From Rhodoluna sp. (GTDB taxonomy: Bacteria > Actinomycetota > Actinomycetes > Actinomycetales > Microbacteriaceae), in contig JBIIME010000001.1 of the NCBI GenBank assembly GCA_044338175.1, forward strand, positions 34,738-98,737: a stretch of 64,000 nt of DNA. The letters run 5' to 3'. A program made the translations under genes and the position numbers. The notes below the pieces were generated by a model. The model was given only the letters and a program-made list of their open reading frames with translations, searched no databases and was not told the DNA's origin. Each line of letters opens with the position of its first letter. Position 1 is the first letter of the stretch. This document shows positions 1-8,517 of the stretch, in pieces.

Positions 1-101
1 AGATCGAGATTGATGAGTCACCAGAGCTTCCTCGCAGACCGCAGACAGCAGATGGAACTTTCGGGGACGACCTAGATATTCCAGAATTTCTAAGAGGGTA
101 A
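1..101 (+). CDS. ftsZ: Cell division protein FtsZ, 3' end only (partial)
   Basis: Frame from position 3 reads IEIDESPELPRRPQTADGTFGDDLDIPEFLRG-stop; DDLDIPEFLR is the conserved FtsZ C-terminal peptide; lies directly upstream of yggS-sepF. Confidence 0.9.
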   Translation, partial: IEIDESPELPRRPQTADGTFGDDLDIPEFLRG

Positions 102-785
102 GTGAGCGAACTAGCTCAACGATATAACCAAATAGTTGAACGAGTTGCTTCCTCTGCTACAGCATGTGGAAAGAGTGCAGCAGGTATCACTTTGGTTGTG
201 GTCACCAAGAATCACCCAGCGCAGCTAGTATTTGATCTCATTTCTCTTGGCGCCAGGGACTTCGGCGAAAACCGAGATCAGGAAGCCGCGCCAAAAGCCA
301 AAGAGGTGATGGCCTCATCTGGCGAGGACATGCGCTGGCACTTTGTTGGACAGTTACAGACCAACAAGGTTAGGTCAGTTCTGGAATATGCCGATTTTAT
401 TCACTCGTTGGATAGAGAGTCGCTGCTGGTTGAGCTTCAGAAGCGAACGATCGATAGAGCCAAGCCCCTGGGCGTTTTCATTCAAGTGAATTTAACTGAG
501 GACACAGCTAGGGGAGGAGTTAGGGTCAACGATCTGGACGCCTTCGCAACCAAGGTGTTAGATTCTCAAGGTCTTCGCCTCGAAGGTCTCATGGGCGTGG
601 GTGGCTTGGATAAGGACCCAGCGGTTGAGTTCGACCGTCTGGCGGGGCTCTCTGCCAAGCTCCAGGGCCTGGCCCCAGAGGCCAAAGGGCTATCCATGGG
701 CATGTCCGCGGACTTTGAGGTGGCTATTGGCTACGGCGCGACACACTTGCGCATTGGCTCCGCAATAACGGGCAAGCGGCCATAG
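102..785 (+). CDS. yggS: YggS family PLP homeostasis protein
   Basis: Motifs VVVTK, FGENRDQE, WHFVGQLQTNK, LSMGMSADFEVAI..GATHLRIGSAI; dcw-distal synteny. Confidence 0.95.
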   Translation: MSELAQRYNQIVERVASSATACGKSAAGITLVVVTKNHPAQLVFDLISLGARDFGENRDQEAAPKAKEVMASSGEDMRWHFVGQLQTNKVRSVLEYADFIHSLDRESLLVELQKRTIDRAKPLGVFIQVNLTEDTARGGVRVNDLDAFATKVLDSQGLRLEGLMGVGGLDKDPAVEFDRLAGLSAKLQGLAPEAKGLSMGMSADFEVAIGYGATHLRIGSAITGKRP

Positions 786-825
786 TGGGCATATTCTTGA
801 TGTGTACCAATAACAGGAGGAACTA

Positions 826-1254
826 ATGGCCGGAATACTAAAGCGCAGCATGGAATTTCTTGGTTTTGCCGAGGAGTCCAATGATTTGCCTACCCGTGCG
901 GAGCCGGTGACAAACACCCAGCGTCCAGCTAGATTGATCCCTCAAAGATCACGTCGCGGTTCGAGCGACGTTGCAGAGATTTTCACCATCGAGCCTCGTT
1001 CCTACGAAGAGGCCCCTATGGTGGCAGCCCACTACCGCATCGGCATCCCAGTGATTGTTAACATGGGTGAGATGAGTGAAGTTGATTCACGCCGGATGCT
1101 TGATTTCATGCTGGGCCTGAAAGAAGGACTCGAAGGACACATGCGTCGAGTTACTTCCAAGGTTTTCTTGTTGACGCCCACTCATGTGGCTGTAAATCAG
1201 GAAGAGCAAGAAGAGCAAGTGAACGAGGTGGACGAGCTACTAGTTCGTCCCTAA
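826..1254 (+). CDS. sepF: Cell division protein SepF
   Basis: N-terminal amphipathic helix, then PRSYEEA...PVIVN...RRMLDF..GL...VFLLTP core; AGGAGG RBS upstream. Confidence 0.92.
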   Translation: MAGILKRSMEFLGFAEESNDLPTRAEPVTNTQRPARLIPQRSRRGSSDVAEIFTIEPRSYEEAPMVAAHYRIGIPVIVNMGEMSEVDSRRMLDFMLGLKEGLEGHMRRVTSKVFLLTPTHVAVNQEEQEEQVNEVDELLVRP

Positions 1255-1263
1255 CTTCCAAAC

Positions 1264-1551
1264 ATGAGCACTCTTGCTCTGATTGCCTACTGGGCTCTGG
1301 AGATTTATTTCTACGCCCTAGTTGGTCGATTAATTATGGATCTTCTAATTTCCATCAGGCCAGGATTTAGGCCCAAGGGTCTGCTACTGCCCGTTGCCGA
1401 GATTATTTTCACGGTCACTGATCCGCCACTAAGGTTTCTGCGCAGGTTCATAAAGCCAGTTAGTTTCGGGGCAATTTCGCTTGACTTTGCTTGGACCCTG
1501 CTGGTTTTAGCCATTATTGTGCTACGAAATTTGGTTGAAAGCCTCGTCTAG
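1264..1551 (+). CDS. yggT: YggT/YlmG family membrane protein
   Basis: Hydrophobic 95 aa with TDPPLRFLRRFIKP...LDF motif, between sepF and divIVA. Confidence 0.9.
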   Translation: MSTLALIAYWALEIYFYALVGRLIMDLLISIRPGFRPKGLLLPVAEIIFTVTDPPLRFLRRFIKPVSFGAISLDFAWTLLVLAIIVLRNLVESLV

Positions 1552-1557
1552 CCCAAG

Positions 1558-1577
1558 GACACATCTTGCGTTAGACT
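1558..1577 (+). promoter_or_regulatory. Putative divIVA promoter: GACAC motif plus -10 element TAGACT
   Basis: GACAC at 1558-1562 and TAGACT at 1572-1577; GAGGA RBS before ATG 1621. Confidence 0.4.
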
Positions 1578-1620
1578 TTTTGAGCTACGGCCTACAGGCC
1601 AATCGAAAGAGGATATCGCA

Positions 1621-2250
1621 ATGCCCCTAACACCTGAAGATGTTGTCAATAAGAGATTCCAGCCAACCAAGTTCCGTGAAGGCTACGATCAGGATGAAGT
1701 TGATGATTTTCTTGACGAAATCGTTGTTGAGCTAAGGCGCGTCCACCAGGAGAACGAAGATCTTCGCAGAAGACTTCTAGCAGCCGACGGGCGCATTGCC
1801 GAGCTTCAAAGAAGCGGTGCAGACTTGCCTGGACAGTTGGCCTCGGCTCCATCAGTCAGTGCTCCAGTTGCAGTTACTCCGTTCCCAGAGGCAGTTTCTG
1901 ACCCTTCCACACTTGATTCCTCCAACACCAACAACCTGTTGCAGCTTGCTCGTAAGCTCCACGATGAGCACGTTCGCGAGGGTATGGTCAAGCGCGATGA
2001 GCTAATCGCCGAAGGTCACGCAACCGCAGCCAGAATCGTTCGCGAGGCAGAAGCCCAGCAGCGTTCCGAGCTAAACAGGCTCGAGCAGGAGAAGGCAGTT
2101 GTTGAGCACCGTATCCAGGAGCTAAAGAGCTTTGAGCGCGAATACCGCAGCAAGCTCAAAAACTACATCGAATCGCAATTACTTGACCTTGATGCAGCCG
2201 GAGTGGCACCCACTCAAACCCCAGGATATACACCTGGCCTTAGCATCTAG
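1621..2250 (+). CDS. divIVA: DivIVA/Wag31 family protein
   Basis: MPLTPEDVVNKRF...REGYDQDEVDDFLD N-terminal domain and C-terminal coiled coil FEREYRSKLKNYIESQL. Confidence 0.95.
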   Translation: MPLTPEDVVNKRFQPTKFREGYDQDEVDDFLDEIVVELRRVHQENEDLRRRLLAADGRIAELQRSGADLPGQLASAPSVSAPVAVTPFPEAVSDPSTLDSSNTNNLLQLARKLHDEHVREGMVKRDELIAEGHATAARIVREAEAQQRSELNRLEQEKAVVEHRIQELKSFEREYRSKLKNYIESQLLDLDAAGVAPTQTPGYTPGLSI

Positions 2251-2255
2251 TTCTC

Positions 2256-2762
2256 TTGATGAGCTCTAGAGCCAAGGTAAGTCGTTGGCTGTATTTGGTT
2301 GTTGCCCTAGTCGCAATAACGGTTGATCAATTAACCAAGAATCTAGCAATTGCAACTTTGGAGCTTGGCACCAGTTACCCAGTTCTCGGAGATCTACTTT
2401 CTTGGAGACTTCTGTATAACGATTCTGCGGCCTTTGGTTTAGGTTTTGGGTACACATGGATCCTGGCTGTTATCTCTGCAGCTGCGGCGCTGGCAACCAT
2501 TTGGTATTCCAGAAAACTTCAGTCCATTTCTTGGTCGTTAATGATTGGTGTGTTTCTAGGTGGGGTAGTTGGCAACCTAATTGACAGGTTGATTCGCGAG
2601 CCTAGTTTTGGAAATGGCCACGTTGTTGATTTCATTCAAGTTCCTTTCAATTTTCCAATTTTTAATTTGGCCGACACTTTTATAGTTTCAATGGCAATTC
2701 TCAGCGTCCTGAGGGTGATGCGGGGCGAGAGCCTAGGTGGCATCGAGCCTAGAACCAAATGA
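2256..2762 (+). CDS. lspA: Lipoprotein signal peptidase II
   Basis: DQLTK, N..AAFG, GNLIDRL, VVDFI, FNLAD motifs; start could be 2259. Confidence 0.95.
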   Translation: MMSSRAKVSRWLYLVVALVAITVDQLTKNLAIATLELGTSYPVLGDLLSWRLLYNDSAAFGLGFGYTWILAVISAAAALATIWYSRKLQSISWSLMIGVFLGGVVGNLIDRLIREPSFGNGHVVDFIQVPFNFPIFNLADTFIVSMAILSVLRVMRGESLGGIEPRTK

Positions 2763-3676
2763 CTCTTCGATTTGAAATAGAGAGCTCACTTGCTGGGGAA
2801 AGAGTTGATACTGCTCTGGCAAGACTGCTTGGGGTTTCCAGATCAGTCGCCGCCGAGGTCTGTGAGCGAGGCGATGCCCAGGTTTCAAACAAGTCGCTGT
2901 CAAAATCCGACCGGGTGAATCTGGGGGATGTACTAATTGTGAAGCCACCGTCAGCAGCGGAGCCGCTTAGAGTTACCGAAACCCCCGTTGATGAGTTACT
3001 GGTCATCTATCAAGATGAGGACATTGTGGTTGTTGATAAGCCCGCAGGGGTGGTAGCCCATCCCACAGTTGGTTTCGACGGACCAACAGTTGCGGGTGCT
3101 TTGCTTGCTAGGGGTATACAGCTTTCGACCTCTGGAGCACAGGAGCGTCAGGGGATAGTTCAACGCCTTGATGTTGGAACTAGCGGCTTGATGATGCTTG
3201 CTAAATCAGAGCTTGCATACTCGAGGCTAAAGCAGGCTTTTCGAGACAGGGCAGTTCACAAGATATATCACGCGATCATCCAAGGACACCCGGATCCAGC
3301 GGGGGGAACCTTTGATGCCCCAATTGGCAGACACCCAAAAGCCGAGTTCAAGTTCGCAGTTGTTGAAGGCGGCAAGCCTTCAATTACCCACTACAAAACA
3401 CTTGAGCTTTTTCCGGCGAGTACTTTGTGTGAAGTGAATTTGGAAACTGGTAGAACCCATCAAATTCGTGTTCACTTCTCGGCTTTCAAACACCCCCTTC
3501 TTGGAGACACCATGTATGGCGCTGACCCCAAGTTGGCCAAGAGTCTTGGCATCACGAGACAGTGGCTGCACGCTAAGGAATTAGGGTTCACTCATCCGAT
3601 CACGGGGGAAGAGCTTAGTTTGGTTTCTGAGTATCCTGCTGACTTGGCGGCGGTCCTTGAACGTCTGAGGTCATAA
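2759..3676 (+). CDS. rluD: RluA/RluD family 23S rRNA pseudouridine synthase
   Basis: S4-like N-terminus, DKPAGVVAHP, GIVQRLDVGTSG catalytic motif, LETGRTHQIRVH. Confidence 0.9.
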   Translation: MTLRFEIESSLAGERVDTALARLLGVSRSVAAEVCERGDAQVSNKSLSKSDRVNLGDVLIVKPPSAAEPLRVTETPVDELLVIYQDEDIVVVDKPAGVVAHPTVGFDGPTVAGALLARGIQLSTSGAQERQGIVQRLDVGTSGLMMLAKSELAYSRLKQAFRDRAVHKIYHAIIQGHPDPAGGTFDAPIGRHPKAEFKFAVVEGGKPSITHYKTLELFPASTLCEVNLETGRTHQIRVHFSAFKHPLLGDTMYGADPKLAKSLGITRQWLHAKELGFTHPITGEELSLVSEYPADLAAVLERLRS

Positions 3677-3725
3677 ATAGCCTTAGGCTAAATTTCATTC
3701 ACTCAATCACCTAGGCGGGGTTTCG

Positions 3726-6700
3726 TTGTCGACAAAGGATTCTTTTGTGCACCTTCATGTGCACAGCGAGTATTCCATGCTCGATGGTGCTGCACGTATC
3801 GGACCCCTCACCAAAGCCGCAGCCGAGATGGGCATGCCGGCAATTGCTATTACCGATCACGGTAATAATTTTGGTTCCTATGACTTTTATCAAACAGCTA
3901 AGGCCAATGGCATAAAGCCAATCATTGGCATCGAGGCTTACCTTTCTCCCGGCACATCCAGAACTGATCGCACCAGGGTCAAATGGGGAACTGGCGGCGA
4001 GGATGACGTTTCCGGTGGCGGTGCCTATACGCACTTGACCATGCTGGCGGAAACCACTGAGGGAATGTATAACCTCTTCAAGATGTCATCCAAGGCATAC
4101 CTGGATGGTTTCTATTTCAAACCCCGCATGGACCGCGAGCTGCTGCAGGAGTACTCCAAGGGAATTATTGCCACCACCGGTTGCGCCTCGGGTGAGGTAC
4201 AAACCCTGATTCGACTCGGCCAGTATGACAAAGCCCTCGAGGCAGCAGCCTTCTATAGAGATGTCTTTGGTAAGGACAGCTACTTCGTCGAGATCATGGA
4301 TCACGGCATCGACATTGAAAGGCGGGCCACCGCCGACTTGCTCAGGCTGGCTAAAGACCTTGGCTTACCTCTGGTGGCCACCAATGATCTGCACTACACC
4401 CACGCGGCAGAGTCCACGGCTCATGAAGCATTGCTTTGTGTTCAGTCCTCGACCAATTTGCTTGACCCGAATCGTTTCAAGTTTGATGGCGCCGAGTATT
4501 ACTTGAAATCACCGGCGGGAATGAGGGAGCTCTTCAGAGATCACCCGGATGCCTGCGATAACACTCTATTGATTGCAGAGCGCTGCAATGTTGAGTTCCA
4601 AAAGCGCGATCTCATGCCCAAGTTCCCGCTTCCCGAGGGCGAAACTGAGGAAAGCTGGTTCGCGAAAGAAGTAGATCGGGGAATGAAGACTCGCTATGGC
4701 AAGAACGTGCCAGAGCTGCAAGCCACCCAGGCTGCTTACGAAGTAAACGTCATCGTCCAAATGGGATTCCCGGGCTATTTCTTGGTGGTAGCTGACTTTA
4801 TCGCCTGGGCCAGAGCTCAGGGCATTCGAGTTGGTCCTGGACGAGGCTCCGCTGCCGGATCGATTGTTGCCTACGCTCTTGGCATTACGGAGCTTGATCC
4901 GATTGTCCATGGTTTGATTTTCGAGCGGTTCTTGAATCCCGATCGAGTTTCGCCACCAGATATTGATGTGGATTTTGATGATCGCCGCAGGGGAGAAGTT
5001 ATTCGTTATGTCAGTCAAAAGTACGGCGAGGATCGTGTCGCACAGATTGTTACCTTTGGAACCATCAAAGCTAAGCAGGCTCTCAAGGACTCGGCTCGAG
5101 TGCTTGGCATGCCCTACGCCGCAGGGGAGAAGCTAACCAAGCTCATGCCAGGCATGGTGCTTGGAAGAGACATTTCCTTGGGGGAGCTTGTTGACAAGCC
5201 TCAAGACAAGCAAGCTGAGCAAACTTCCAGATACAAGGAGGCAGCAGAGTTTAGAGAGGCCCTCGAGTCAGATCCAGATTCAGCAAAGATATTCGAGCTT
5301 GCTAGAGGCCTAGAAAACCTAAAACGACAGTTTGGTGTTCATGCCGCTGGTGTGATCATGTCCGCCGAGCCACTAATTGATGTAATCCCGATCATGCGCC
5401 GGGATGATGACGGAGCGGTGATTACCCAATTTGATCAGCCACCTTGCGAGAAACTTGGACTACTAAAGATGGACTTCTTGGGCCTTAGAAACCTCACCGT
5501 TTTAGATGATGCTCTGGTAAACATCAAAACCAATCGTGGTGTGACGGTTGTGCTGGAAGAGCTTGACCTAAACGCTGATAAAAACACCTACGATTTACTT
5601 TCCAGAGGTGAAACCCTTGGAGTGTTCCAGCTTGATGGAGCTCAGGTTCGATCCCTTCTTCGCACCCTAAAACCCACTGAGTTTGAACACATCTCCGCTG
5701 TCATTGCTTTGTATCGACCGGGTCCCATGGGTGAGAAGTCCCACACCAACTACGCACTTAGAAAAAACGGTCTTCAAAAATCAGAACCGGTTCACCCCGA
5801 GCTTGCCGAAACACTAGCTGATATTCTTGATCCCACCTATGGCTTGATTGTTTATCAAGAGCAGGTAATGGCGGTAGCACAAAAAGTTGCGGGCTTTAGT
5901 TTGGCTCAAGCTGACCTACTGCGTCGCGCGATGGGTAAAAAAGATAAGAAGGAACTAGATCGTTCCTATAAGGACTTTAGTTCTGGAATGCTTGCGCAGG
6001 GTTATTCCGAAGCAGCAATCGAAACACTGTGGAAGACCCTACTTCCTTTTGCCGATTACGCCTTTAACAAGGCTCATAGCGCCGGCTACGGTGTCTTGAG
6101 TTACTGGACTGCGTATCTTAAGGCAAACTTCCCAGCCGAGTATATGGCCGCTCAGCTAACTTCGGTGGGGGATTCAAAAGATAAACTCGCTATTTATCTA
6201 AACGAGTGTCGTCGAATGAATATTCAAGTTCTTGCACCCGATGTCAATCAATCCGTGGAAGCCTTCACGGGAATTGGTGAGAACATCCGATTCGGTTTGG
6301 GTGCGATTCGAAACGTCGGACATAACGTTGTCGATGGGATTATTCAAGCTCGAAGCGAGAAACCGTTTGCTTCCTTTAGCGACTTTCTGGCGCGCGTTCC
6401 TCAGCAAGTTTGCTCCAAGAGAACTATTGAGTCGCTTATCAAAGCAGGGGCTTTTGATTCTCTCGGTCACACCAGAAGGTCACTTTTCGAAATATATGAA
6501 GAGGCAGTGGATGCTTCTTCTGTTACCAAGCGCAACGAGTCGGCCGGCCAGGTAGACCTTTTTGGTGATCTGTTTGAGGGTGTTGGCTCCTCGGTTACGG
6601 TTCCTGATAGGCCTGAATGGCAAAAGGCCGAAAAACTCGCTCACGAGCGAGAAATGCTGGGTCTTTACGTGTCTGACCACCCGCTTTCTGGCAGGGAGCG

Positions 6701-7283
6701 TCAGTTGGCACAGTTTGCCGAGTTCACTATTGGGGATCTACTAACGAGTGAAGAAATTAAGGATGGCGAAACAGTAACTATTGCCGGCTTGATTTCAAGC
6801 GTGACTCATCGCGTCGCGCGTTCGTCTGGAAACCCGTACGCCAATGTCTCCATCGAAGATTTTGAGGGCGAAGTCAATGTCATGTTTATGGGTAAGACCT
6901 ACCGAGAGTACTCAGAGCAGCTGATAAATGACGAAGTTGTTGTCATAAGGGGCCGCATCAACATGCGAGATGATGGCATAGCCATTTCCGCATTTTCACT
7001 CGAGCCAATTGCCATCGGGGCGCAAGGAGTATCAAGTGGGCCACTTCGCTTACAACTTCAAGAGTCAGAGGCAACTAGATCCGTTTTGGAAAATCTAGAT
7101 TCAACGCTAAAGGCACACCCAGGCAAAGAGGAGGTTCACCTAACTTTCGTTGATGAGAACAATCCTCGTAGCTTCAAGCTTCAACCAACGGTGAAGATCA
7201 CGGATGATCTTCTGGGTGAACTCAAAGCGTTACTTGGAACCCAGGGTTTTGTTCAGAGAGATTCCTCTGAAGTAGTGAAGTAA
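3726..7283 (+). CDS. dnaE: DNA polymerase III alpha subunit (DnaE1)
   Basis: PHP domain FVHLHVHSEYSMLDG, GPGRGSAAGS, PDIDVDF, KMDFLGL, FNKAHSAGY, OB-fold C-terminus; no intein apparent. Confidence 0.97.
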   Translation: MSTKDSFVHLHVHSEYSMLDGAARIGPLTKAAAEMGMPAIAITDHGNNFGSYDFYQTAKANGIKPIIGIEAYLSPGTSRTDRTRVKWGTGGEDDVSGGGAYTHLTMLAETTEGMYNLFKMSSKAYLDGFYFKPRMDRELLQEYSKGIIATTGCASGEVQTLIRLGQYDKALEAAAFYRDVFGKDSYFVEIMDHGIDIERRATADLLRLAKDLGLPLVATNDLHYTHAAESTAHEALLCVQSSTNLLDPNRFKFDGAEYYLKSPAGMRELFRDHPDACDNTLLIAERCNVEFQKRDLMPKFPLPEGETEESWFAKEVDRGMKTRYGKNVPELQATQAAYEVNVIVQMGFPGYFLVVADFIAWARAQGIRVGPGRGSAAGSIVAYALGITELDPIVHGLIFERFLNPDRVSPPDIDVDFDDRRRGEVIRYVSQKYGEDRVAQIVTFGTIKAKQALKDSARVLGMPYAAGEKLTKLMPGMVLGRDISLGELVDKPQDKQAEQTSRYKEAAEFREALESDPDSAKIFELARGLENLKRQFGVHAAGVIMSAEPLIDVIPIMRRDDDGAVITQFDQPPCEKLGLLKMDFLGLRNLTVLDDALVNIKTNRGVTVVLEELDLNADKNTYDLLSRGETLGVFQLDGAQVRSLLRTLKPTEFEHISAVIALYRPGPMGEKSHTNYALRKNGLQKSEPVHPELAETLADILDPTYGLIVYQEQVMAVAQKVAGFSLAQADLLRRAMGKKDKKELDRSYKDFSSGMLAQGYSEAAIETLWKTLLPFADYAFNKAHSAGYGVLSYWTAYLKANFPAEYMAAQLTSVGDSKDKLAIYLNECRRMNIQVLAPDVNQSVEAFTGIGENIRFGLGAIRNVGHNVVDGIIQARSEKPFASFSDFLARVPQQVCSKRTIESLIKAGAFDSLGHTRRSLFEIYEEAVDASSVTKRNESAGQVDLFGDLFEGVGSSVTVPDRPEWQKAEKLAHEREMLGLYVSDHPLSGRERQLAQFAEFTIGDLLTSEEIKDGETVTIAGLISSVTHRVARSSGNPYANVSIEDFEGEVNVMFMGKTYREYSEQLINDEVVVIRGRINMRDDGIAISAFSLEPIAIGAQGVSSGPLRLQLQESEATRSVLENLDSTLKAHPGKEEVHLTFVDENNPRSFKLQPTVKITDDLLGELKALLGTQGFVQRDSSEVVK

Positions 7284-7759
7284 GCACGCTGGTTATAAAG
7301 CAATGCTTTGTCGTTTTCGCCAGTTACTCCTGAAAGTATTTCTATGACGAAAACCGCGTTTTGTTCTACAAGGTGAAATTCTCGGACACGTCCGAAAAGC
7401 ACTGCAGTTGCGTTTTGAAAAACGGGTAAATCAAACTCTGATCTTTGCCAGTCTGAGTCCAGAAATCTTTTTGTGTTGTCGGTAGCCATTTTTTTAGCGA
7501 GGTCAAAATTATTTACCCCGAGCATGTGTAGGGCTACGTGTTTAGCGGTTGAAATTGCAGGCCAGGAGGACGATCCCTGAGAGATGTTGAAGGTCACAAG
7601 TGCCGGGTTAGAACCCAGAGAGGTCATGGATGTGGCAGTAAAGCCCACTGGGTTCCCAGCCGGGTCATTGGTCGTGATAACAGCCACTCCTGAGGCGTGG
7701 CGCCTGAACGCGGCCTTTAGGGCCTCGCTGGAGTCTGGATTTATTTTGGGGTCAAGCAT
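7253..7759 (-). CDS. Flavin reductase family protein (HpaC/NtaB-like)
   Basis: AFRRHASGVAVIT...GFTATSMTSL...P motif; ATG at 7759 preferred over ORF-track start 7792. Confidence 0.85.
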   Translation of the reverse strand: MLDPKINPDSSEALKAAFRRHASGVAVITTNDPAGNPVGFTATSMTSLGSNPALVTFNISQGSSSWPAISTAKHVALHMLGVNNFDLAKKMATDNTKRFLDSDWQRSEFDLPVFQNATAVLFGRVREFHLVEQNAVFVIEILSGVTGENDKALLYNQRAYFTTSEESL

Positions 7760-7873
7760 CTTCTTCAGGGTAGTAGAGATTTTGAGGCTCAAAAACCGCA
7801 GAAATCATTGATTTTCCGGGCATCATTTCCGACACGCCGAATATCGGACAAATTTGCAAATATGCCCCTTAAA

Positions 7874-7920
7874 CCACAAGATATAGGGACGGAAGAGCGA
7901 AAACTTTCCACATCTAGTGG
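7874..7920 (+). promoter_or_regulatory. Tandem NrdR boxes upstream of nrdR-nrdJ
   Basis: CCACAAGATATAGGGA (7874-7889) and TTTCCACATCTAGTGG (7905-7920) match the acaCwAtATaTwGtgt-type consensus; starts are 31 bp apart, the typical tandem spacing. Confidence 0.85.
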
Positions 7921-7989
7921 AAGGTTATTGGGAAATTCGGGGAAAATCCAACAAAAATCAAGGTTTTTACGACAGAAAGGCATCAGCTC

Positions 7990-8472
7990 ATGAACTGTCC
8001 TTTTTGCCGTAATACCGACTCTAGGGTCACAGATTCCAGGGCTAGCGAGGACGGCACCAGCATCCGCCGTAGGCGCCAGTGCCCAGAGTGTGGCAAGAAG
8101 TTCACCACCTCTGAAACCACCTCACTGAGCGTCCTAAAGCGAAGCGGCGTCACTGAGCCATTTAGCAGGGACAAGATCGTGAGCGGCGTTGGCAAGGCTT
8201 GCCAGGGCAGACCGGTTTCGGATGCTGACCTAGCAATCTTGGCTCAGCAGGTAGAAGAGACCATTCGTTCCACAGGTGCAGCTCAGGTAGAAGCGCACGT
8301 GATCGGGCTGGCTATCTTGGAACCTCTAAGACTGCTTGATGAAGTGGCTTTCATGAGATTCGCAAGCGTTTACCAGGGTTGGGAAAGCCTAGAAGACTTC
8401 GAAGCGGCAATTAATGTCCTTCGAGCAAGTAACACAGATGTATCAGATTCAGACAAAGAACTAACCAAGTAG
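7990..8472 (+). CDS. nrdR: Transcriptional repressor NrdR
   Basis: MNCPFC...DSR...[16 protein letters not shown] zinc ribbon, ATP cone, [13 protein letters not shown]. Confidence 0.97.
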   Translation: MNCPFCRNTDSRVTDSRASEDGTSIRRRRQCPECGKKFTTSETTSLSVLKRSGVTEPFSRDKIVSGVGKACQGRPVSDADLAILAQQVEETIRSTGAAQVEAHVIGLAILEPLRLLDEVAFMRFASVYQGWESLEDFEAAINVLRASNTDVSDSDKELTK

Positions 8473-8517
8473 CAAACCAACAACCATAAGTATCCAAAAC
8501 TAGGAAAGGCAACACTC

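Noticed and set aside
3678-3690. Palindrome TAGCCT-T-AGGCTA upstream of dnaE as an IdeR/DtxR box
   Set aside because: Too short, and it does not fit the 19-bp consensus; more simply explained as a -10 element (TAGGCT)
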